The position numbers and the translations under genes are program-made. The notes below the pieces were generated by a model, which was not told the origin of the DNA, made no database searches, and saw nothing but the letters and a program-made list of their open reading frames with translations. Below, in pieces: positions 47,664-56,986 of a stretch of 64,000 bases of DNA (positions within the stretch are counted from its first letter, which is position 1; each line of letters starts with the position of its first letter). Source of the stretch: an uncultured delta proteobacterium (GTDB lineage: Bacteria > Desulfobacterota > Binatia > Binatales > Binataceae); contig CAVWKW010000003.1 in assembly GCA_963755705.1 (NCBI GenBank), positions 769,930-833,929 on the forward strand, in the 5' to 3' direction.

Positions 47664-48872
47664 ATGGCCGGGGAACAATCACATCCGCCCAATATCCGCG
47701 AACTCGAATCGCTGCGGATCAAGCGCAGCGCCGAACCGCAGCGCAAGAGCCGGCTCATCCCGGCCGCGATCGTGCTCGGCGTCCTCGCGGTCCTCGGCGC
47801 GGCTGGTTACTACGCGTACGCGAACACTCTGGGCCGCCCGCTCGAGGTGCAGACCGCGCTGGTTTCGATCAAGCAGGCGGGACAGCCGGGTGCGGTCCTG
47901 ACCGGCTCGGGCTACGTCGTGACGAAAGACAAGTACATCACGATCGGCGCGCAGATTCTCGGCCAGATCGTCAGTGAACCGATCCAGGAAGGACAGTACG
48001 TAAAAAAAGGCGACCTGCTCGCGAAGATCGACGACCGCGACTACGTGGCGCAGCTCAACCAGGCGATCGCCGATCGCAACCTGGCGGCAGCCAATGTCGT
48101 GCTGGGACGCGCACAGCAACAGCGCCAGCTCGAACTTTTCAAGAGCGGTGTGGAATCGCACGACCAGTATGACGTGACCACCAACGCGCTCTCGGTGGAC
48201 GAAGCCAATCTGAAAAAAGCCGAAGCCGAGATCGCGTTCGCGAAATTCAACGTGAGCCAGTGCACGATCCGATCCCCGATCAATGGAATCGTGCTCAAGA
48301 AGTTCCGCGAATCAGGATCGATGATCAGTTACGGCAACGCGGTCGCGTCAGACGAGGGCATGACCGATATCGCGCAGCTTGCCGACACTGACGACATGCG
48401 CGCCGAAGTCGATATCAATGAAAGCGATATCGCCAAAGTCGCGATCGGCAGTCCGGCAACCGTTCTGCTCGACGCTTATCCCGACCGTCCCTTCGACGCA
48501 CGCGTGGTCAAAATCTATCCCGAGGCGGATCGGCAAAAAGGAACCGTCAAGGTCGAGGTTCATATCCTTCAGCCCGATCTCCAGGTCATCAAACCGGAAA
48601 TGAGCGCGAAGGTGACCTTCCTCGCGGCGGTGGCCGCAAAGCAGGAAGCGGCTCTCGTCTTGGTGCCGAAAAAAGCCGTGGTCACCGACGGATCGCGGAG
48701 CTACGTGTGGACCGTCCGCGACGGCGCGGCGCATCGCAACGAGATTGCGCTGGGCCGCGAATTTCAGGACGGGATACAGGTCACGCAGGGACTGACCGGA
48801 GGGGAGACGGTGATCGTGGTGCCGTCGGCCAAACTTCACGACGGGCAGCAGATCACACCCGTCGCGTCATAG
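47664..48872 (+). CDS. Efflux periplasmic adaptor (membrane fusion protein, HlyD/MacA family)
   Basis: An N-terminal TM anchor is followed by coiled-coil and lipoyl/beta-barrel regions typical of MFPs. Confidence 0.75.
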   Translation: MAGEQSHPPNIRELESLRIKRSAEPQRKSRLIPAAIVLGVLAVLGAAGYYAYANTLGRPLEVQTALVSIKQAGQPGAVLTGSGYVVTKDKYITIGAQILGQIVSEPIQEGQYVKKGDLLAKIDDRDYVAQLNQAIADRNLAAANVVLGRAQQQRQLELFKSGVESHDQYDVTTNALSVDEANLKKAEAEIAFAKFNVSQCTIRSPINGIVLKKFRESGSMISYGNAVASDEGMTDIAQLADTDDMRAEVDINESDIAKVAIGSPATVLLDAYPDRPFDARVVKIYPEADRQKGTVKVEVHILQPDLQVIKPEMSAKVTFLAAVAAKQEAALVLVPKKAVVTDGSRSYVWTVRDGAAHRNEIALGREFQDGIQVTQGLTGGETVIVVPSAKLHDGQQITPVAS

Positions 48873-48887
48873 TGGCTACGGGTGACG

Positions 48888-49259
48888 CTATTGCGCGGGA
48901 GCATTGCCCATCCCAAGGGCGAACATCCGGAGCAGTATCGCCTTCGAACCTTGCTGCCGCTGCTCCTCGGACCGTGTAATAGTTGCCGGTTGGCCGCGGC
49001 CTGGCGGCGCGGTTTCAACTGAATTTGATACCGGCTGACTGGTGGAATAATCCGACGCTTCCCATACGCTCCACACCCGCGGGTTGACCAGCGCGGCCCA
49101 TCGCCATGTCACAATGACGAATAACAGGCTGAATATAACCGCTAACACGAAGTAGCCGGTTTGCGCTTCCAATCCGCGACGCATTTCCAAAGTTTGTTTC
49201 CCGTAATTCATCCCCGTCTCCATGTCAGGTAGACGCAACATCCGGTCCAAGCGTTGCAC
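48888..49259 (-). CDS. Hypothetical small membrane protein
   Basis: One predicted TM helix (YFVLAVIFSLLFVIVTW). It lies at the edge of a lower-GC segment. Gene status is uncertain. Confidence 0.3.
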   Translation of the reverse strand: MQRLDRMLRLPDMETGMNYGKQTLEMRRGLEAQTGYFVLAVIFSLLFVIVTWRWAALVNPRVWSVWEASDYSTSQPVSNSVETAPPGRGQPATITRSEEQRQQGSKAILLRMFALGMGNAPAQ

Positions 49260-49306
49260 GTGAACAGGCGTTCATGATTAGTGACGGATCGTGGAGGATA
49301 CTCACG

Positions 49307-50044
49307 ATGGCTGAGACATTCGTTCTCGTACACGGCGCATGGCACGGCGCGTGGTGCTGGGCAGCAGTTACCAATCAACTTGAAAAGCTCGGCGATCGCG
49401 CGTTCGCGGTGGATCTGCCCGGTCATGGGCAAAATTATGCGGATCGCGCGAAAATAACGCTCCAAAGCTACGTCGATAGCGTTGTTCGATACATTGAAGA
49501 GCGCGACCTGCGTGGCGTCGTGCTGGCGGGGCATAGTCTCGGCGGGTTGACGATTTCGGGTGTCACCGCACGGATTCCGTCACGTATCAAGCGGACAGTG
49601 TTTGTAAGCGCGATTGTACCGCTCGACGGCGAGCGCCTGACCGATCCCGCAAATCCTGCTACCAAACCGATGCTCGACCTGATCGCGTCGCGGCCGGACC
49701 GGTCGCTTCCGGTCGAGATGATGGGCCCGCAATTCTACGAAGGCTTGATGAACGACGTTCCGCCCGCGATGCGCAAATGGATCGACGCCTCGCTATGCCC
49801 GCAGCCGTGGGGCCCGGCGACTGATCCGGTGCCGATGAATGCATTTCACGAATCGGGCGTGCCGACTGGATACCTCGTGTGCGAGAACGATCAGACCCCG
49901 ATCGCGGGCGCGCCCGGATGGCACCCGTACTATTCGAGCCGGCTAAAGAATCCCGCGATCAAGATCGTAAAGTGCGGCCACGAGATCATGTTCACGCATC
50001 CGGAAGAATGCGCCCGCGCCCTGCACGAACTCGCGCTGATGTGA
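49307..50044 (+). CDS. Alpha/beta hydrolase (methylesterase/SABP2-like esterase)
   Basis: FVLVHGAWHGAWCW...GHSLGG (nucleophile elbow), starting at MAETFV. Confidence 0.7.
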   Translation: MAETFVLVHGAWHGAWCWAAVTNQLEKLGDRAFAVDLPGHGQNYADRAKITLQSYVDSVVRYIEERDLRGVVLAGHSLGGLTISGVTARIPSRIKRTVFVSAIVPLDGERLTDPANPATKPMLDLIASRPDRSLPVEMMGPQFYEGLMNDVPPAMRKWIDASLCPQPWGPATDPVPMNAFHESGVPTGYLVCENDQTPIAGAPGWHPYYSSRLKNPAIKIVKCGHEIMFTHPEECARALHELALM

Positions 50045-50057
50045 CTATGCGGCTGAA

Positions 50058-50708
50058 TTAATCGTTGGGGAGGAGGGTCACTGGAACGCCATCAACCGAC
50101 GGCGGGATCTGTTTCAGTAGCGCGCTCATAAAGTGGCGCTGAACGCTGATTTCGATTCCGGTGAAATCGCAGCTACCGCAATCGCATCCCGCCGGCGCGA
50201 CGCCGATCACACCCGCAAGACCCATCCACTGGTGACCGTATTTCTGCACTATCCGCGAATAATCTTTTTCGCGATCGCTCGCTCCATTTGACACCTCATA
50301 AGCGGGAGGCTTGCCATACATGGCAAAATGGTTTCCATTCGTGATAACGCCCGTCGGGGCTGAGATCGGAATGGCTACTACCGGAATGCTATCGACAGAG
50401 GCCGGGATCTGGCTTCGCACACACGCCGCCCAAGGAGGATCGGCGCTGATCTGTATCTCGGTGCCTCCTCCCGCAGCGCTGGTGCTGTAACCCATTTCCC
50501 AAACACCCTTTATCTTCCACCACTGCGTCTCGTGCTTCGCGACCACCCCGGACGCGGCAGAGTCGTTAGGCACGTCCGAAGCCGTGCACGGGTGATCCAA
50601 GGCGCTGCCAGGCCCGTGGCCACACCATATCGCAGCGTACGACTGTCCGGCGGAAAAGCACAGGAACACAACAACCGTCAGAAACAAAATCGGATTAATT
50701 TTGCTCAA
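50058..50708 (-). CDS. Secreted Cys-rich protein of unknown function
   Basis: The signal peptide is MSKINPILFLTVVVFLCFSAGQSYA and several Cys are present. GC is about 50%, well below the window average. It lies downstream of the IS-disrupted protease gene. Confidence 0.5.
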   Translation of the reverse strand: MSKINPILFLTVVVFLCFSAGQSYAAIWCGHGPGSALDHPCTASDVPNDSAASGVVAKHETQWWKIKGVWEMGYSTSAAGGGTEIQISADPPWAACVRSQIPASVDSIPVVAIPISAPTGVITNGNHFAMYGKPPAYEVSNGASDREKDYSRIVQKYGHQWMGLAGVIGVAPAGCDCGSCDFTGIEISVQRHFMSALLKQIPPSVDGVPVTLLPND

Positions 50709-51299
50709 TTACAACGCCATGCCTCGAGGATCGGGTTACTGTAAGTAGCCGGTCGCGCCAGTGGTTAAGTCAACATTTCCGATTATATCTTGCTCCACCG
50801 GCACACCCTCATAACTTGAGGGTATCGGCGGTATGGTCGCGTCGTCTTCGTCAGTTTGACTGTCCCACACAACGTCCAAGGAGGCTATCGATCCCGAAAG
50901 GTCTATACCTACACCATCGACAACGCCGTCATCGATTAGAATAGCGACATATTGGGTGAAATCAGGCAAAACGGTCAGGGCCTGAGCCACGTCAGGATCT
51001 GCAATGGTAGCATCCTGTAGCGTAAAATCCGCGCTCGATCCTCCCGGTACCTGAATTTGACTCGTGCTCGGCGTGCATCCTCCGCCGCCCGCGACGATCG
51101 ACAAGCCGGAATAGCCTCCCGCCGTATTCAAGGCCTGCAAAACCTTGGGAATTGCGGTCACTACGGCAGCGCTCCCGTCATCTTTTTCCGCGACCGCCAT
51201 ACCAACGGGTTGAGGACACGGACCAAGTGTCGTAACCAGAGCTCCGGAATTGCCAGGATCTCCAAAGTCCTTCCCCTTTACTTCGAAGTTATTGAGGAC

Positions 51300-51308
51300 C
51301 GTTATTAA
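51300..51308. repeat. Target-site duplication CGTTATTAA (left copy)
   Basis: Identical 9-mer directly abutting both IS ends. Confidence 0.7.
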
Positions 51309-52681
51309 GGTGGTGTCGGTCAAGTGGTGGAAAAGCAGTTAGCATCAGGATTCGACGAGCGAGCGATTGATTATGCAGTTGCTATGCGGCCTCCGCTTGC
51401 GAGTTACTATTGGCCAGCGCCTGCCAGCCGACCAGGCGGCGCAGCGTGATCTGGCCGCTGCGCAAGAGCCCGAAGAGCAGGAACAGGACCGCCTCCTCAC
51501 TGGGCAACGAGGCCTGGGTCTTGGTGCGGCGGCGAAACTCCTCGTTGATCCGCTCCAGCGCTTTGGTGGTCCGCAGCGCCTTCCACTGCGAGGCCGGGAA
51601 ACTGGTAAAGGTGAAAAGCTCGTCGCCGGCCTCCGCGAAGCTTGCACTGACCGCCTTGCAGCGCAGTTGCCACTTGCGGGTGAACGCGACCCGCGCCTGC
51701 TCGAGCGCCGCGCGGCTGTCGGCATAAATCATCCGCCGATAGTCCTCGGCGAGTTCCTCGCGCAGATGGGCCGGGGCTTTGGCGAGCAGGTTCCACAGCT
51801 TGTGATTGGTGCAGCGCTGAATCGCGATCCGCGGCCACTGCGCCTTGAGCGCCGCGCTCAGGCCCGGGTTGCCGTCCACCACCGCCAACACCGGAACCCC
51901 AAGCTTGCGCTCGCCCAGCGCGCGCACCGCGTCGAGCCAGGCCTGCTCGCTCTCGGCGCCCGCCAGCCGCATATCGAGCACCACGCGCTGGCCGCCCGCG
52001 CACACTCCCAGCGTGACCAGCACCGGCACCCGCACGCGCTTTTTCCCGATCCGCACGCGCGGATACCAGCCGTCCAAAAACAGGTAGCGGACCTTCAACT
52101 CGCCGAGATCACGCTTGGCCCACGCCGCGATGTCTTCGCGCAAGCGCCCGACCAGGCGCGACACCGCATCCTTCGACAGCGGTGCGCCACGCAGCAACGG
52201 CGCCAGCGCTCCGCGCAGCCGCCGGGTGTTGGTCCCGCTCAGGTACACCCCCAAAATCGCCTCGTCAACCCGCTCGGTGCGCCGCTGGTAGCGCGGGATG
52301 AGCTGGCTGCGCCACTCGCGCCGGCGCCCATCATCATCCTCGATTCGCGCCCGCGGCATCGCGATCGTGGTCGGGCCCAGGCTGGTGCTCAAGGTCCGCT
52401 CCCGCTGACCGTGCCGGTAGCCAGCCCGCACCGCGCCCACCCGCTGCGACCGCGCCGCGCCCAGCGCTGCCTCCAGTTCTTCATCCACGAGGCTCTCGAT
52501 CGTCGCGCGAATCCGCCCGCGCATCAGCTCCTCGAGGGTTGCTTTCCCTGCCCCTGAAACCCTGCTATCGCTTGCCATGGCGTCATCCTCCGGCACCCGC
52601 CTAAAAGCGGGTGCGAGTTGTGGCTCAACTCGCCGGATCATGACGCCTTTTTCACTTTTCCACCAACTTCGCGACACTACC
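51309..52681 (-). mobile_element. IS256-family insertion sequence (about 1373 bp), apparently intact
   Basis: The terminal inverted repeats are GGTGGTGTCGGTCAAGTGGTGGAAAAG (left) and GGTAGTGTCGCGAAGTTGGTGGAAAAG (right, reverse complement). The element is flanked by the 9-bp direct repeat CGTTATTAA and contains a single mutator-type transposase ORF. Confidence 0.8.
51382..52578 (-). CDS. IS256-family (mutator-type) DDE transposase
   Basis: Motifs YLFLDGWY, VVDGNPGL and QRCTNHKLWNLL are typical of IS256 transposases. The start is taken at MASDSR (GGAGGA RBS). Coordinates carry about 1 nt of uncertainty from my reading. Confidence 0.85.
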   Translation of the reverse strand: MASDSRVSGAGKATLEELMRGRIRATIESLVDEELEAALGAARSQRVGAVRAGYRHGQRERTLSTSLGPTTIAMPRARIEDDDGRRREWRSQLIPRYQRRTERVDEAILGVYLSGTNTRRLRGALAPLLRGAPLSKDAVSRLVGRLREDIAAWAKRDLGELKVRYLFLDGWYPRVRIGKKRVRVPVLVTLGVCAGGQRVVLDMRLAGAESEQAWLDAVRALGERKLGVPVLAVVDGNPGLSAALKAQWPRIAIQRCTNHKLWNLLAKAPAHLREELAEDYRRMIYADSRAALEQARVAFTRKWQLRCKAVSASFAEAGDELFTFTSFPASQWKALRTTKALERINEEFRRRTKTQASLPSEEAVLFLLFGLLRSGQITLRRLVGWQALANSNSQAEAA

Positions 52682-52690
52682 CGTTATTAA
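52682..52690. repeat. Target-site duplication CGTTATTAA (right copy)
   Basis: Identical to 51300-51308. Confidence 0.7.
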
Positions 52691-53552
52691 CTTGTTGCTG
52701 GCGCAAACCAATTTGTTGTTTACGACCTTCATCTGTGCTGTCACACAAATCGTGTAATGTTCAGGCATAAGCATTTTCGTAATGACGCGTCCATTGGTCA
52801 GACCGGTGCAACCACCTTGCTCTTGAACCTGTAAGCCTTTCTTTACATCCGCCAGTGGAGTCGAACTGAACACCGGGATATTCAGGATTGAGCTACTAAC
52901 TTTACCTGGCAGCACCTTCGCTAAAGCGGCATCCGCAGGGGTTGTAGCGTGAGCGTTGAAGTTAGGTTGTATGACGGTGCTCAACGAAGCTACTTGAATG
53001 CTGTTGATAAGAGCTGGCGTCATCTGTGAGCAGGACGACGCAACCTCAAATAGGTCAGGCTGAATGATCGCCTCCGCGGACCCACTAGCCAAATAGCCAG
53101 TCGATCCTAAGGCGAGTACGTGCGCAGCACCGAGGACGTACTGGTTGCCGTCGCTGTCGGCGATCAGCGCTCCCAACGTCCCAGCATAGACCGAGCATCC
53201 CGTTCCTCTGAAAGCGGTGATGACGGCGTTTGACCCGAAGACCCCGAGCGGAATTGGTCTAGATTGCGGATTGAGTTGAGAGCCGGAACACTGGGGCGGG
53301 GCGGCGGCAGCGATGCCCGCGTTCCCAAACGTCAGGAATAAAATAGCGAAGAGCCCAGCCGCGAACCTTTTACCGGTCCCCCTTCCGCGCATTTTTCGCG
53401 GAGTCGGCCGCAGAAGTCTCGCCTGGTCTGAATTGATCGCTTCGCGACGATACTTAGTCGCGCATTTCATTTTGGAACCCCCCTTTTCGTGACTCGGAGT
53501 TACACCCGAACCACATCGGATTACAAGAGGCCGAATTGTCTTTGCCCGAAAG

Positions 53553-54701
53553 TCACGCCGGGTAGCGCGCGATTAGGCCGCGGGCTATTACCAGCGCCTG
53601 GATTTCGTTGGTGCCTTCACCGATCATCATTAGCGGCGCGTCGCGATAGAAGCGCTCAACCGGGAATTCCTGCATAAAGCCGTAACCGCCGAGCACGCGC
53701 ATCGCGTCGAGCGAGATCTTCGCGCACGCCTCCGACGCGAACAGCTTCGCCATCCCCGCCTCGACGTCGCAGCGCTCGCCTGCATCTTTCTTGCGCGCGG
53801 CGTTCGCGACCAGCAGCCGTGCGGCCTCGACGCGCGTGCCCATATCGGCCAGCAGCAACTGCACCGCCTGATGCTCGCAGATCGGCTTGCCGAACGTCGT
53901 GCGTTGCTGCGCGTAGCGGATCGCGGTTTCGAACGCGGCCTGCCCTACTCCGACCGCGCGCGCGGCCACGTTGATGCGCCCGACCTCGAGCGCGCTCATC
54001 ACCTGCTTGAACCCAAGCCCCTCGGCGCCGCCGATCAGGCTCGCGGCGGGAACGGCCATATCGTCGAACGTCACTTCGCACGTATCGATTCCCTTGTAAC
54101 CGATCTTCTTGAGATTCGCGCTCACCGCCGGTCCCGCGTCGTTCTTCTCGACCGCGAACATGCTGATGCCCGCATAGACGGGTTTCGCGCGCGGGTCGGT
54201 CTTCGCCGCGACGGCCAGCATCGTGCCGTTGCGCGCGTTGGTGATGAACATCTTGCTGCCCTTGAGGATGTAATCGTCGCCGCGACGGATTGCAGTGGTA
54301 CGGATCGACTGCACGTCGCTGCCCGCGTGAGGCTCGGTCAGCGCAAGGCCGCCGCGCTTGTCTCCGCGCGCCATCGCGGGCAGAAAATATTTCTTCTGCG
54401 CGTCGGTGCCGTGATGCGTGATGATAAAAGCCATAATCAGATGGCTGTTGATCACGCCCGCCAGGCTCATCCATCCGCGCGACAGCTCCTCCATCACGCG
54501 TGCATAGGTGGCGAACGCGAGCCCCAAGCCGCCGTGTTCGGCCGGAATAGTCGCACCGAACAGGCCGAGCTGCTTCATCGACGCGACCATCGCGTGCGGG
54601 TACTCGTCGCGATGCTCGAGCTCGGAGGCAAACGGAATCACCTCGCGCTCGACAAACTCGCGCACCGCGGCGATTATGTCGCGATCATAAACTTCATCCA
54701 T
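53553..54701 (-). CDS. Acyl-CoA dehydrogenase
   Basis: The ACAD fold is recognisable from the N-terminal segment FVEREVIPFASELEHRDEYPHAMVASMKQLGLFGATIPAEHGGLGL and the 383-aa length. The start is taken at MDEVYD. Confidence 0.85.
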   Translation of the reverse strand: MDEVYDRDIIAAVREFVEREVIPFASELEHRDEYPHAMVASMKQLGLFGATIPAEHGGLGLAFATYARVMEELSRGWMSLAGVINSHLIMAFIITHHGTDAQKKYFLPAMARGDKRGGLALTEPHAGSDVQSIRTTAIRRGDDYILKGSKMFITNARNGTMLAVAAKTDPRAKPVYAGISMFAVEKNDAGPAVSANLKKIGYKGIDTCEVTFDDMAVPAASLIGGAEGLGFKQVMSALEVGRINVAARAVGVGQAAFETAIRYAQQRTTFGKPICEHQAVQLLLADMGTRVEAARLLVANAARKKDAGERCDVEAGMAKLFASEACAKISLDAMRVLGGYGFMQEFPVERFYRDAPLMMIGEGTNEIQALVIARGLIARYPA

Positions 54702-54845
54702 CGCTTTAACTCCTTGCGAGCCGCCCGGAAGCAAACCGGATGCGCCCCGGCATAAGTGCGTCTAGCAAATCGCGCCGCCTGCGCGCTATCGAATCGCCCG
54801 CGCTATCCGATGGAGCCGCGCGCGCGGCGTGCTAGTCTCATCGCG

Positions 54846-55868
54846 ATGCGGCTTCGGGTCGAGGATATTGCGGTCAGCGCGGGCGCGTTTCGCGTAGGTC
54901 CGCTATCGCTCGAAGCGGGCGACGGCGAATATCTGATCATTCTCGGGCCGACCGGCGCGGGAAAGACGGTCACGCTCGAAACGATCGCGGGCCTGCGCAG
55001 GCCGACCGCCGGGCGCATCCTGATGGACGCGCGCGAGGTCACGGCGAGCGCGCCCGAGTCGCGGCAAATCGGATTTCTCTACCAGGACAGCCTGCTCTTT
55101 CCGCATCTGAGCGTGCGCGCAAATCTCGCGTATGGAGCGCATCGGATTGCGCGCGCCGAGCGCGCTGGGGCGATAGCGCGGCTGGCGCGGATGCTCGAAA
55201 TCGAGCCGCTCATGGACCGGATGCCGGCCGGACTTTCCGGCGGCGAGCGGCAGCGGGTCGCGATAGCACGCGCGCTCGCGGCCAATCCCGTTCTGCTCCT
55301 GCTCGACGAGCCGATGGCCGCGCTCGACCCGAATTCGCGCTACGCGCTGCGCGAGCGCCTGCGCGCGACGCATCGCGAGCTCGGCACCACCACGATTCAT
55401 GTTACGCACAATTTTTCTGAGGCGCTGGCGCTCGGCGACCGGGTCGCGATTCTGATCGACGGAGTCGTGATGCAGTCCGGCTCGCCGCGCGAGGTTTTCG
55501 CGAGGCCGGCGTCCGCGATGATCGCGCGGTTTTTGAAGACCGCGAAGGTAGCGGCGGATTCGAGTCCTCCCGATCCCGGCGAAATCAAGTTCGCGCTAAG
55601 CGCTCGGGCGATGACACTCGCGGTTGATCCTGATGGTTCGGCCGCGCCGACGCTGATGGCTGAGGGCGTCGAGATCAACGACGCGTCGGGAGTTTCAGTT
55701 GACGGCGAAGCGATCGCGGCGCGGATCATCGCGGTCGAGAACGACGGCGGTGCGATCGTACTGACGCTGAATGCGGGAATCGAGCTGCGTGCGCGCGTCA
55801 CCGGCGGCGCGAACACCGCGGCGCTAATCGAAGGCGCGCCGCTCTGGGTGCGTATTCCGCGCGAATGA
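54846..55868 (+). CDS. ABC transporter ATP-binding protein with C-terminal TOBE-like domain (ModC/CysA/PotA-like), orphan
   Basis: Walker A GPTGAGKTV, signature [15 protein letters not shown] and Walker B LLLLDEP are present. A C-terminal ~100 aa beta-rich extension follows. No permease or SBP gene is adjacent. Confidence 0.7.
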   Translation: MRLRVEDIAVSAGAFRVGPLSLEAGDGEYLIILGPTGAGKTVTLETIAGLRRPTAGRILMDAREVTASAPESRQIGFLYQDSLLFPHLSVRANLAYGAHRIARAERAGAIARLARMLEIEPLMDRMPAGLSGGERQRVAIARALAANPVLLLLDEPMAALDPNSRYALRERLRATHRELGTTTIHVTHNFSEALALGDRVAILIDGVVMQSGSPREVFARPASAMIARFLKTAKVAADSSPPDPGEIKFALSARAMTLAVDPDGSAAPTLMAEGVEINDASGVSVDGEAIAARIIAVENDGGAIVLTLNAGIELRARVTGGANTAALIEGAPLWVRIPRE

Positions 55869-55957
55869 AATTCCCCTGTCCGGTTTGCTCTTGCGCGGTG
55901 CGACAGTCCGCAATAGAGTAAGTGTCAAATTGACGCAAAGTAAGACGAGGCTCGGTC

Positions 55958-56986
55958 GTGAACGTATCAACAGAAACTTCCCCCGGCGCCGCGGCGATTT
56001 CCGCCGACGCGCTGTTCGCCAAGCTCGCCGCCCTGGGCGATGACAGCTACGACCCCGAGACCTGCGCCAGATTGGCGGGCACTATCGCCGAGATCGTCAG
56101 ATTGAAGCGCGTGCGCCGCGCCGTAATCCTGGCGCACAATTACCAGCGGCCCGAGATTTTCGAGGTCGCGGATTTTATCGGTGACTCGCTCGAGCTCGCA
56201 CGCGAGGCGCGCGACGTCCGCGACGCCGACGTGATCGTCTTTTGCGGCGTGCATTTCATGGCGGAGACTGCAAAGGTCTTCAATCCCAATCGCAAGGTGC
56301 TGCTTCCCGATCTGCGCGCCGGATGCTCTCTGGCCGACGCCGTCACCGCCGAGGCGCTGGCCGAGCGCAAGGCCGAGTTGCGGGCAATCTACCCCGACCT
56401 GAAAGTAGTCTCGTACGTGAACTGCACCGCGGATGTGAAGGCGCTCTCGGACGCGTGCTGCACCTCGGCCAACGCGGTCAAGATTGTCGAGCGAATCGAT
56501 TCGGAAAATATCCTGTTCGTCCCCGATCAGAACCTTGCGAACTACGTGCAGAGCAATACCAAGAAGCGCGTCATCTCATGGGACGGCAACTGCTACGTGC
56601 ATCATCAAATCACTCCTGAAGAAGTGAACCGGGTGAAAAATTCGATCCCCGGAATCAAGGTGCTGGCGCATCCGGAGTGCCGCAAGGACGTGCTCGCGTT
56701 GGCCGACGCGGTGCTCTCGACCAGCGCGATGGTCGATTACGCACGCGCGAGCGAGGCCGAGAAATTCCTGGTGGTCACCGAGTGCGGGCTGTCCGACCGC
56801 CTGCTGATGGAGATTCCCGACAAGCGCTTCTACAAGGCGTGCAAGCTATGCCGCTTCATGAAGATGATCACGCTCGAGGGCACGCTCGATTCACTGCGCC
56901 ACCTGCGTTACGAGATCACCCTCAGCGACGAGGTGCGCGAGGGCGCAAAGCGCGCGCTGGAGCGGATGCTGGAGCTGAGCGCCTGA
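55958..56986 (+). CDS. nadA: Quinolinate synthase A
   Basis: 342 aa with NadA motifs (ILAHNYQRPEI, VHFMAETAK, VSYVNCTADVKA, HPEC). Confidence 0.9.
   Translation: MNVSTETSPGAAAISADALFAKLAALGDDSYDPETCARLAGTIAEIVRLKRVRRAVILAHNYQRPEIFEVADFIGDSLELAREARDVRDADVIVFCGVHFMAETAKVFNPNRKVLLPDLRAGCSLADAVTAEALAERKAELRAIYPDLKVVSYVNCTADVKALSDACCTSANAVKIVERIDSENILFVPDQNLANYVQSNTKKRVISWDGNCYVHHQITPEEVNRVKNSIPGIKVLAHPECRKDVLALADAVLSTSAMVDYARASEAEKFLVVTECGLSDRLLMEIPDKRFYKACKLCRFMKMITLEGTLDSLRHLRYEITLSDEVREGAKRALERMLELSA

Larger units (their letters stand above)
50736..53470 (-). pseudogene. Secreted trypsin-like (S1-family-like) serine protease gene interrupted by an IS256-family insertion
   Basis: The upstream half (52682-53470) has a signal peptide and a His-region (GCSVYAGTLGALIADSDGNQYVLGAAHVL). 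The downstream half (50736-51308) has the Ser-region GDPGNSGALV. The two halves join in frame across a single copy of the 9-bp duplication, reading ...CASNKLIT/VLNNFEVKGKDFGDPGNSG... Confidence 0.55.
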
